Source: Pseudomonadota bacterium (lineage in GTDB: Bacteria > Desulfobacterota > WTBG01 > JAPLJA01). From it: 64,000 bases of DNA. A program made the translations under genes and the position numbers. The DNA is taken from positions 1,838 to 65,837 of the forward strand of contig JAPLJA010000080.1 of NCBI GenBank assembly GCA_026388815.1. The letters are read 5' to 3'. This document shows positions 46,389-53,790 of the stretch, piece after piece (the stretch's first letter is position 1; the number at the start of each line of letters is the position of its first letter). Under the pieces are notes generated by a model. The model was not told the origin of the DNA. It saw nothing but the letters and a program-made list of their open reading frames with translations, and did no database searches.

Positions 46389-46622
46389 TTAATGAATACC
46401 CCGTGATTCATGGATTATCTTTTCAATATCCTCCTCAGTCAGTTTATTGAACCCTTTTCCCTCTGCAAGGGATTCTGCATAGCTGTATATCTCCGATTCT
46501 TCGACTGGTATCAACATCACATCAAAAACCTTTCCGACTTCTTTTGCCGCATCATCTGGCAATGAAAGATGCCCATCTGGCAAAACCCGACCTATGAATC
46601 TGCGTGTTATTGTTGTTTTCAT
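46389..46622 (-). CDS. Putative antitoxin (small, AbrB/SpoVT-like N-terminus)
   Basis: 77 aa, immediately upstream of the PIN gene. GRVLPDGHLSLPDDAAKEVGKVFDVMLIP resembles a swapped-hairpin DNA-binding fold. Confidence 0.4.
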   Translation of the reverse strand: MKTTITRRFIGRVLPDGHLSLPDDAAKEVGKVFDVMLIPVEESEIYSYAESLAEGKGFNKLTEEDIEKIIHESRGIH

Positions 46623-46775
46623 GGGAAATCACCCCTTCCTTTCAGTGCTGTATTTTTCTACCCCAAAATATCTATTCTTTCTATAACTGAAAATGGTCGG
46701 TCTCCTGTTATACCTGCCTTGTTCCTTGTCTTCTGTTTTTAGCTAAAACCTCTTTGCTTTTTACTCTTCACCCAT

Positions 46776-46908
46776 CATTCCACATTCCACATTCCAAAAT
46801 CCGCATTCTCCTAACCCCCAATCCCTAATCCCTAATCCCGAGCCTTTTCGGCATCGCACTCACCAGCCCGCATATTCGTGAATGGTGAATGGTAAATCGT
46901 CAATGGTC
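46776..46908. repeat. Three short heptamer tandem arrays: (CATTCCA)x3, (AATCCCT)x2.8, (GTGAATG-like)x4
   Basis: Arrays at 46776-46796, 46820-46839 and 46878-46908. The first and last are imperfect reverse complements of each other. They lie directly 3' of the large target gene. Confidence 0.6.
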
Positions 46909-46909
46909 A

Positions 46910-49900
46910 TTACCTCAAACTGTGAAATACACGTGGAGCAGCTGATACCGGGCCATGTAATGTTGAAGTACCATTGAGGTCGATGTCTTCAAGTTTGTAG
47001 TAATAGGTCTTACGGTTCTGAACATTCTCATCAACAAACTGATATGTCGCTCCCTGCGTGGCAGATCCCTGGGCTGGAATCAATGAGGAATTGATCTTTA
47101 CGTATTCACCATTTTCTGATTCAGCGCGGTAGAGGTTAAAACCTGCATTGTCGATTTCAGAGGCGGTAGTCCATTTGAGAATGATTGCTCGGTCAGAGGG
47201 GGTGGTGGTGAAGGAGGAAAGGGTGATTAACGTCGGTTCACACGCATCACCTATCCCATCGCCATCTGAATCCTGTTGACCGGGGTTAGAAATGTTGGGG
47301 CAGTTGTCAACTATATCTGCTATCCCATCGCCATCGGAATCCATTAAGGCAATAAAATCCATACCGGTTACATCTGCATCAATAACATCAATTGTCTGGC
47401 TCAGCGGATCAAAGGCATAACCGGAAAGGGATGGTGTAATGGTGTATGAACCGTTGAACACTCCGGGGAAAATGTAATTCCCGGCAGAATCGGTTGTGGT
47501 GGTCATTGAGAAGGTACCGGATAGAGCCAGGGTAATACCTTCCAGTACATCCCCCGTTACCGTGCCAGATAGTGAGTAGGTAGGAACAGAATCAGGATCA
47601 AGAGGGTCAGAGCCTCTCTGAATCTCAATATAATCGCTGTAACTGTCTTCGTCGGTATCGTTCAGTAATGGGCTCGTCCCTCGAATATACTCTTCACCGT
47701 CGTTGAGACCATCACTATCTGTATCCGGGTTGCTCAAGTCAGTCCCTAAAGATGTTTCCTGGACATCAGTGAGCCCGTCATGATCACGGTCGTCGTTGGT
47801 TGCAAAGTTAGAGAGGAAGCTTTCTGTCCCGTCTGACATCACTGCTGAAACAGCATATACCCTGGTTGTAACTGATGAATTTTCTACCCAAGGGTGGTTG
47901 GTATAAAAGGAACTGACGGTTGAGGTTCCCAGTTGGGAGGGGTATGGCTCATCTATTTGTTTTGAGTAGATTATGTATCCTGTTGCCTCAGGATATGCGC
48001 TTGCATCCCAGGTGAGCTTTGTTATTAGGCCGCCTGAATCCAGGGGATCTGCCTGAAGTCCAGTGGGGGGAGAGGGTACATTTACCGTAATCCTGTCATC
48101 CGATGTTGAGTCTACGGTGAAAGAAATGTTGGTAGTAGTAGCGTGGTTAAAGCCCCAGTATTCCCTGTTCACAGCCTTTTCTGAGTCAGAATAGCTCAAG
48201 GCCAAGCGATAATCTTCTTGATAGGCGTCTTTAAGATAGAGGGTGTACAGACCATCAGCCGTATTTTTGATGCTTATTGTTCCACCGTCCTTATCTATTG
48301 AGATTATACTATCGGGGATTTCATCTTCCCGTATATCAGTTGCTGGATTAATGCCACTTTTTCTACCGAGAGGATCTATGAGGTAGGGCTGGACCCGTCC
48401 TCGCACCGAGATTGTCATCCTAGGCGTGTCAGGAGCACCGCCAGACAAGAGATAATTACTCGAACCTGTCATAAGCGGAGAAGATGCTGGTGTTTTACCT
48501 GTAATAAACTCTACAATCTCATTACTGTATGTAGTGATTAATTCGCTGTGCTTACCCTCCTTCTCATCAACAGAGTCCATCCCTGAGATGATGGCGCTGT
48601 TTTTAAGGACAGTCCCATCACCTTCCCCTGTTTTTGTTGGATCACCTTTTGGTACGCCATCCTTATATAGGTTATTTGGCTTCCCAACATCAATTACCTC
48701 AATAGTATTTTTATTTATCCCTGCAAATATTTTAACTTCCTTGACTGAGAGGGCAAGATTCCTATTCAATGTAATGAGACTCTTATTGTAACTTTCAAGG
48801 TCACCAATGCTTAATAATGGCGTGCATTCTGAACCGAGCGGAGAGAAAAAGCATTGCCTTAAAAACGGATAGGTTGGCAAAAGCTCTCTTACCGATTTTA
48901 CGTGTTCATGCACGAAATCTCTTATCAGAATATTATTTGGTTTTATAACTACGGCGGGGGTGCTCTGGGCATGTGTTTCAAAGTTTGAAAACGCCCTTTT
49001 ATTCATTTCCTTATAGATATTCTCCAAAACATTCGTATATAAATTAATGAAAAAATCACTCAATCCATCATTCAAGTTGTCAGCCAGTTTTGGGTCCCCG
49101 CCTTCCCAGATGTAGTAGGCATTGGCAGCCCCCTGGTTTGGTGTGCCCACCATGGCAAACCTGTCAATGTCTTTCTGGTAGTCACTGCTCTGAATGTAGG
49201 ATCTCACCACAAGCCCGCCCATGCTGTGGGCAATGATGTGTACCTTGTCAGTACCAGCGATATCTTGGGCTCTGTCAATCCATCGCTTGAGGTAATTTTT
49301 AGCACAATCGTCTATTTCTAATCTCCAGTCATAGGGCACAGGGAAAATGTTGCACCCAACCTCATAATTGGGGTCTACGGATTTAATCTTTTCCGCCAGC
49401 AGTTTCCAGCCTGGCTTGCTGTCAGGTTGGCCGGAGTTATAGTCAAACAATCCGTTAAATACTTTATCTCCAGATTTTCTCCATCTTATGTCATACCATG
49501 GAGGTGAATCGGCAGGCAGAGTGGGATAGTTTTGGTCTGCTGTGGTGGAACCCATAATACCCGGTACAAGCAATATAGGGGTTAAGCCTGTAGGATTACA
49601 TGCGCTTCCCAGTATAACCAAATCCTGGCCGACACACTGATTGCTTGGGAGACATAGTGGAAATGTTTCGCTTACTCTGCTCTCTTTTACTGCCCAGAGA
49701 GAATAGTATCCGGATGAAACAGGTGGAAACTGGTAGTTGCCATTGCTGTTTGTGGTTGTCGAAAGTTGATTGGTCCCCCCATCATCCAACCATACGGTGG
49801 CACCTTCTATTCTATTTCCGCTGCCATCTCTCACGGTTCCGCCCAGAGAGGAAAGATTTGAAATTCCTCCTGTTATGCTAAAGGAGTTACTCTCCCCTGA

Positions 49901-50965
49901 TTTACCACCACCATTTGTTCTGATGTTTATACTGTTTCCGGGACTATCGAGCTTTACAGAAAGCGTAGCAGTGCCATTAGTAAAGTAAGCTTTCATCGGG
50001 CTTACCATACCGATTGTGGCACTCAAAATAGCTTCCCCGTTAAATTGTGTTGCTGTATCGCCATTCCTATCCTTTGCATTAATGGTGATCACAAAGGGTA
50101 CGTTAACAGTCTGGGGGGATGTGATGGAAGAAAAAGAAAAATGATCAAGCAAACCATAGGCCGTAAAATCCTGCCCAGTTACATTGCTTCCTGAGATGTT
50201 TACAATTCTTGATGGAGGATTAAAGGTATATCCCGTTAGACTGGGCGTTATAGTGTATGTGCCGTCGGCAAGGTCAGTGAAAGAGTACGTTCCATCAGAG
50301 ACCGTTGTAGTGGTTTTTGAGACCGTTCCAGACAAGGTCACAGTGACACCGGCCAGGCCGGAGCCGTTGTAGGTAACGCTGCCGGAAATAACCAAATTAC
50401 CAAATGACCCAGACTGTCCCGCGCGAACAGGCCAGACGTAGTAGTAGTAGCCGGACTTATTGCTGTTGTGCACGTAGCCAAAACACATACTGACGATCCA
50501 CGCGTAGCCCGGGTTGCTGGCGTAGCTCGTAGAAGACCAGTAATAGCCGGCCTGCACATTGGTAAAGGGATGCCCGGCGGGTAAGGCTGGCGAGTATTGT
50601 GAAAAGTCAGTCAGGCTGTGTATTTCCTTCAGGTTGGGAAGACGCCAGTCATGATAGCCGTAATTGGGATAGGTTCCGGCATTCATCCCTGCCACATAAT
50701 TCAGCGCTTGCTGCCAGTTCATGTATCCATTAGGAAGATTTGCATTCTTTGTCCACATCAGGCCGGTGAGATTATCGGTTGCCGTGCCATTTCCATGATC
50801 GGCAAACCGTGGCACAGGCCAGGCAACACCTCTTTCCAGGTCGCCGTCATCGCCGCTGTAATAACTCGCTTTCTGCCCTGTTTCCCATATCGGCGCCGGT
50901 TGGCAAAATGCCGCGCTCGCCAAAGCCGTAACCAAAATCACAACAAAACATATTATCTTTTTCAT
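46910..50965 (-). CDS. 1351-aa secreted multidomain protein (DGR target 2): N-terminal DUF1566 domain carrying VR2, beta-sandwich/Ig-like domains, alpha/beta-hydrolase (lipase-like), thrombospondin-type-3-like Ca-binding repeats, FN3-like C-terminus
   Basis: Start at internal MKKIICFVVILVTALASAAF (ATG 50965, GGAGGG upstream, 2 nt after the RT stop). GxSxG nucleophile elbow in HIIAHSMGGLVV (Ser codon 49223-49225). DTDSDGLNDGEE and DSDGDGIADIVDNCPNISNPGQQDSDGDGIGDAC repeats. Confidence 0.85.
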   Translation of the reverse strand: MKKIICFVVILVTALASAAFCQPAPIWETGQKASYYSGDDGDLERGVAWPVPRFADHGNGTATDNLTGLMWTKNANLPNGYMNWQQALNYVAGMNAGTYPNYGYHDWRLPNLKEIHSLTDFSQYSPALPAGHPFTNVQAGYYWSSTSYASNPGYAWIVSMCFGYVHNSNKSGYYYYVWPVRAGQSGSFGNLVISGSVTYNGSGLAGVTVTLSGTVSKTTTTVSDGTYSFTDLADGTYTITPSLTGYTFNPPSRIVNISGSNVTGQDFTAYGLLDHFSFSSITSPQTVNVPFVITINAKDRNGDTATQFNGEAILSATIGMVSPMKAYFTNGTATLSVKLDSPGNSINIRTNGGGKSGESNSFSITGGISNLSSLGGTVRDGSGNRIEGATVWLDDGGTNQLSTTTNSNGNYQFPPVSSGYYSLWAVKESRVSETFPLCLPSNQCVGQDLVILGSACNPTGLTPILLVPGIMGSTTADQNYPTLPADSPPWYDIRWRKSGDKVFNGLFDYNSGQPDSKPGWKLLAEKIKSVDPNYEVGCNIFPVPYDWRLEIDDCAKNYLKRWIDRAQDIAGTDKVHIIAHSMGGLVVRSYIQSSDYQKDIDRFAMVGTPNQGAANAYYIWEGGDPKLADNLNDGLSDFFINLYTNVLENIYKEMNKRAFSNFETHAQSTPAVVIKPNNILIRDFVHEHVKSVRELLPTYPFLRQCFFSPLGSECTPLLSIGDLESYNKSLITLNRNLALSVKEVKIFAGINKNTIEVIDVGKPNNLYKDGVPKGDPTKTGEGDGTVLKNSAIISGMDSVDEKEGKHSELITTYSNEIVEFITGKTPASSPLMTGSSNYLLSGGAPDTPRMTISVRGRVQPYLIDPLGRKSGINPATDIREDEIPDSIISIDKDGGTISIKNTADGLYTLYLKDAYQEDYRLALSYSDSEKAVNREYWGFNHATTTNISFTVDSTSDDRITVNVPSPPTGLQADPLDSGGLITKLTWDASAYPEATGYIIYSKQIDEPYPSQLGTSTVSSFYTNHPWVENSSVTTRVYAVSAVMSDGTESFLSNFATNDDRDHDGLTDVQETSLGTDLSNPDTDSDGLNDGEEYIRGTSPLLNDTDEDSYSDYIEIQRGSDPLDPDSVPTYSLSGTVTGDVLEGITLALSGTFSMTTTTDSAGNYIFPGVFNGSYTITPSLSGYAFDPLSQTIDVIDADVTGMDFIALMDSDGDGIADIVDNCPNISNPGQQDSDGDGIGDACEPTLITLSSFTTTPSDRAIILKWTTASEIDNAGFNLYRAESENGEYVKINSSLIPAQGSATQGATYQFVDENVQNRKTYYYKLEDIDLNGTSTLHGPVSAAPRVFHSLR
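50417..50562 (-). other. DGR variable region VR2
   Basis: Hand alignment to the TR over 146 nt gives 19 differences at TR adenines and 1 non-adenine difference. The 3' end GTTCGCGCGGGA is identical to the TR. Confidence 0.85.
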
Positions 50966-50967
50966 CG

Positions 50968-52602
50968 TTAGCCCTCCTGGGGTATCAGTTTCGCTACCGG
51001 CAGGCGTTCCTTTATCCTGCCCAGGTATCTTCCTGTCTCCTTGATGATTACAACCGGTAGACCTTTTCTCAGCAGTCTTCCCGCATACTCCTTTTCGAGC
51101 CTTACCGGAAAACCGTATGTGACCGGTCTCGTTCTCGCGGTAATGCTCCGAAGTCCGAGGATGTTTTGCACCTCCGCTTTTATTTCGGAGTAGCATTCAA
51201 AAAAACACCCCACCTGGAAGAACATGAACATGCCCTTGAACATGTTTGCATAATGTAAATACTGGCTTTTTACAGAAGAAAAGAGGTGTGTTGGTTTTAT
51301 GGCATAATTGCGGGGAATCACTTTATCGTTGTCAAAATGGAAATATTCTCTTAAAAATGAATATCTTTGTATGATGGTCTGTTTAAGCCGGTATGCATCC
51401 GCCCACTTGAGATGGCCGAAATACGAGGCGATGACAGAACGGAGCCGGTTGATAAGTTCGTAGTCATACCTGATAATGCGTAACCCGTCATGCTCCGAGA
51501 TCAACCGCTGTTGAAACCATTCTAATTTTTCCCTCAGGTTATTCACCACCCTCCTCCGTACCAGCAGGTAATCTTCCCGGATGATATAGCCTAAAAAATC
51601 TATGCCGTTTGACACCGGCAGGATTCTTCCGTGCTTTTCGTTGAGTGATAGGTTGAGCTGGCGTGACACAAACCCGCTGATTTTTTCCTTTGCTTCTGTT
51701 AGAAATTCCGGTGATTCATGGAGGATGACAAAATCGTCACAGTACCGTACATAGTACCGGCATTTCAAGGTATGCTTTACAAACTGATCAAGTGCGTTGA
51801 GATAGACGTTGGCGAAGAACTGACTGGTGAGGTTGCCGATAGGCAGACCTCTGTTCTCCGGCGCGCTGAACAAGCTCTTCTGAACGGGAATCCGTTCACG
51901 CAAGTGCTTCTTTCCTTTGATGATGCAATGATCCGTGGGACGATGGAATATGATGGTGTGGGCAAACGAGCGCATCTGTTCATCCCCTACCTTCTTTTCA
52001 ACGATCCGATAAAGGATCTCTTTGTCAATTGACATGAAAAAATTCTTAATATCCAGATGCATGAAATAGAGCCTTTTTCTGCCGTTCCGGCTGCCTTGCC
52101 GTATGAAGCCGCGCAAACGTTCCACTGCCTTGTGTAACCCTTTATCCTTCCGGCATGCATAGGAGTCGTAGATAAAAACAGGTTCAAAGATGGATTCCAG
52201 TCTTTCGACCAGGATGTGGTGAACGACCCTGTCCCTGAAATCGGCGGCTATAATCTCTCTCATCTTCGGTCGTTCAACCATGAAGCAGACAGAACGGGTG
52301 GGCTGATAGGTTCCCTGTTGGAGCTCTTCTGAAAGGTTTAAGAGATTCTCTTCGGCGTTTATCTCAAATTTCAGGCAATTGATGGTGTTCCGTTTATGTT
52401 TCCTGCATGTGAGATAATTCCGGTACAGATTTTCAAAAGAGAAGAGGGGAGGCAGCCACTCTCCCGCGCGAACAGGCCAGACGTAGTTGTTGTTGTTGGA
52501 CTTATTGTTGTTGTTCACGTTGCCATTCCACATATTGACGATCCACGCGTTGTCCGGGTTGTTGGCGTTGCTCGTAGAAGACCAGTAATTGTTGGCCTGC
52601 AC
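50968..52602 (-). CDS. DGR reverse transcriptase with C-terminal MutS-domain-I-like extension (the ORF as drawn includes the TR at its 5' end)
   Basis: LPIGNLTSQFFANVYL (DGR-specific I/LGxxxSQ), RYCDDFVIL (YxDD), N-terminal LFSFENLYRNYLTCRKHKRN. The last ~100 aa, ..FFQVGCFFECY..GLR...R......GFP......Y...LL.KG..V, resemble MutS domain I. Confidence 0.9.
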   Translation of the reverse strand: MQANNYWSSTSNANNPDNAWIVNMWNGNVNNNNKSNNNNYVWPVRAGEWLPPLFSFENLYRNYLTCRKHKRNTINCLKFEINAEENLLNLSEELQQGTYQPTRSVCFMVERPKMREIIAADFRDRVVHHILVERLESIFEPVFIYDSYACRKDKGLHKAVERLRGFIRQGSRNGRKRLYFMHLDIKNFFMSIDKEILYRIVEKKVGDEQMRSFAHTIIFHRPTDHCIIKGKKHLRERIPVQKSLFSAPENRGLPIGNLTSQFFANVYLNALDQFVKHTLKCRYYVRYCDDFVILHESPEFLTEAKEKISGFVSRQLNLSLNEKHGRILPVSNGIDFLGYIIREDYLLVRRRVVNNLREKLEWFQQRLISEHDGLRIIRYDYELINRLRSVIASYFGHLKWADAYRLKQTIIQRYSFLREYFHFDNDKVIPRNYAIKPTHLFSSVKSQYLHYANMFKGMFMFFQVGCFFECYSEIKAEVQNILGLRSITARTRPVTYGFPVRLEKEYAGRLLRKGLPVVIIKETGRYLGRIKERLPVAKLIPQEG

Positions 52603-52607
52603 ATTTG
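52462..52607 (-). other. DGR template region (TR)
   Basis: The coding strand encodes NVQANNYWSSTSNANNPDNAWIVNMWNGNVNNNNKSNNNNYVWPVRAG with 17 AAY (Asn) codons. It is about 86% identical to VR1 and VR2, with mismatches confined to its adenines. Confidence 0.9.
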
Positions 52608-52755
52608 CCCACCCACTTTGAGTTCTTCACCAGGCAATTCCTTGAAGGATATGCCTGATTGCCAGCTAATGCCCGCCTTCGGCGGGCGGGATGGGCGCAC
52701 AGTGGTTTGTCTCTGCACACCTGCCAGTCTCGATATGATAAAGGCAGTTCTGGCA

Positions 52756-53148
52756 TCATCCACCCTCCTGGTTGTTTCTTATCCAGCCTTCGTTCTGTCT
52801 GCTCATGGAGATTGTTTCTTCGATGGCATGTTGAAAGGAATCAAAGTTTTTAAATGCCTTCACCTCCTTGCATATCCTGAGGGTAACCTTGAGATCTTCT
52901 ATGGTATCCCTGAGTATGGCCAGGGTTGTCTGTTTATCCCGTTCAGAGTTTGCCCTGATAACAAGCCTGACCACCTCACGGGACAGACTCCTCACGTCTG
53001 TTCCCAGTGTATATTTATGATACCGTGAGAATCCTCTCACAATATTTTCAAGGTAGATGGTTAAATCCATAGCCTTCTTGTAGAGGGGAAGATGTTCGTA
53101 CTGTGCCATAAAATCATAAAAAATATTTTCAAATAACCGAATAATCAA
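52756..53148 (-). CDS. avd: DGR accessory variability determinant (Avd, four-helix-bundle family)
   Basis: HLPLYKKAMDLTIYLENIVRGFSRYHKYTLGTDVR...VIRAN... has the Avd-like pattern, and the gene sits between target 1 and the TR. The track start is TTG; an alternative ATG lies at 53109. Confidence 0.75.
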   Translation of the reverse strand: MIIRLFENIFYDFMAQYEHLPLYKKAMDLTIYLENIVRGFSRYHKYTLGTDVRSLSREVVRLVIRANSERDKQTTLAILRDTIEDLKVTLRICKEVKAFKNFDSFQHAIEETISMSRQNEGWIRNNQEGG

Positions 53149-53157
53149 ATAACCTAA

Positions 53158-53730
53158 TCACTGTCCCGCGCGAACAGGCCAGACGTAGTAGCTGCCGTAG
53201 GACTTATAGTTGTAGCCCACGCGGCCATTCCACATACCGACGATCCACGCGTCGTCCGGGTAGAAGGCGTAGCTCGTAGAAGACCAGTAATTGTCGGCCT
53301 GCACATTGGTAAAACCCTGAGAGCTAAGCCAGGTGGCTGAATTAGCTTCTTCTCTATTGATGAGGCTTTCCAGCTCATTCACACTGGGTAAGCGCCAGTC
53401 GGTGTAGCCGCACAGGTTTAGATTGTTACAGTCATCAACGGCCTGATACCAGGTCCTGATGCCATTTGGAAGATTGGCATTCTTAGCCCACATCAGGCCG
53501 GTAAGGGTATCGGTGACGCAGTCACCATTTACCTGAAACCTTGGGCTCGGCGGGGCTACACCAGCCTGAATGGCGCCGTCCTGCCCGGTGCCCGGACAGG
53601 GGATTTGATTTCCGGCTGTGTCATAGCATTTCTTCTGGCCGGTTTTTGGAAGGTTGACGGTGCCGGCAAGGGCAAGACCGGATACGAAGAACAGTAATAT
53701 TACGGTTAAAGAAAGGATTCGGTTTTTCAT
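53158..53730 (-). CDS. DGR target 1: secreted single-domain DUF1566 protein with C-terminal VR1
   Basis: Signal peptide MKNRILSLTVILLFFVSGLALA, then LPKTGQKKCYD..GTGQDGAIQAGV...DTLTGLMWAK..DWRLPSVNELESL...YWSSTSYAFYPDDAWIVGMWNGRVGYNYKSYGSYYVWPVRAGQ*. Confidence 0.85.
   Translation of the reverse strand: MKNRILSLTVILLFFVSGLALAGTVNLPKTGQKKCYDTAGNQIPCPGTGQDGAIQAGVAPPSPRFQVNGDCVTDTLTGLMWAKNANLPNGIRTWYQAVDDCNNLNLCGYTDWRLPSVNELESLINREEANSATWLSSQGFTNVQADNYWSSTSYAFYPDDAWIVGMWNGRVGYNYKSYGSYYVWPVRAGQ
53164..53309 (-). other. DGR variable region VR1
   Basis: Hand alignment to the TR over 146 nt gives 20 differences, every one at a TR adenine (T on the printed strand). Confidence 0.9.
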
Positions 53731-53790
53731 TTTACCCCCATTTTTATCACCCAAAGAAATTATCCGCCTCCGGCGGACCAAACGTTTTGT

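Larger units (their letters stand above)
46910..53730 (-). mobile_element. Diversity-generating retroelement locus: target1(VR1)-avd-TR-RT-target2(VR2)
   Basis: All canonical parts are present on one strand. Adenine-specific TR/VR divergence was verified by hand alignment. Confidence 0.9.

Noticed and set aside
46820-46839. Telomere-like CCCTAA-type repeat (AATCCCTAATCCCTAATCCC)
   Set aside because: There are fewer than 3 units, embedded among other heptamer arrays in a bacterial intergenic region, with no terminal position or hairpin-telomere features. It is treated as a short tandem repeat only.
50966-51196. 77-codon N-terminal extension of the large target ORF (MLLRNKSGGAKHPRT...)
   Set aside because: It overlaps the 3' end of the RT gene in another frame and has no signal-peptide character. 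A strong start (GGAGGG-N5-ATG, then a signal peptide) exists at 50965.
50968-52602. The RT as a group II intron maturase or a retron RT
   Set aside because: No intron domain V/VI-like RNA or maturase X/En domains were seen, and no msr/msd-like inverted repeats. The I/LGxxxSQ motif, the adjacent Avd and the adenine-biased TR/VR pairs identify it as a DGR RT.
52396-53028. 210-aa plus-strand ORF, and the 52502..52763 and 53154..53378 minus-strand alternative-frame ORFs across TR/VR1
   Set aside because: These are reading-frame artefacts of the TR/VR repeat (the same odd peptides, ..CRPTITGLLRATP.., appear wherever a VR/TR copy occurs). The Avd, RT and target frames explain the region.
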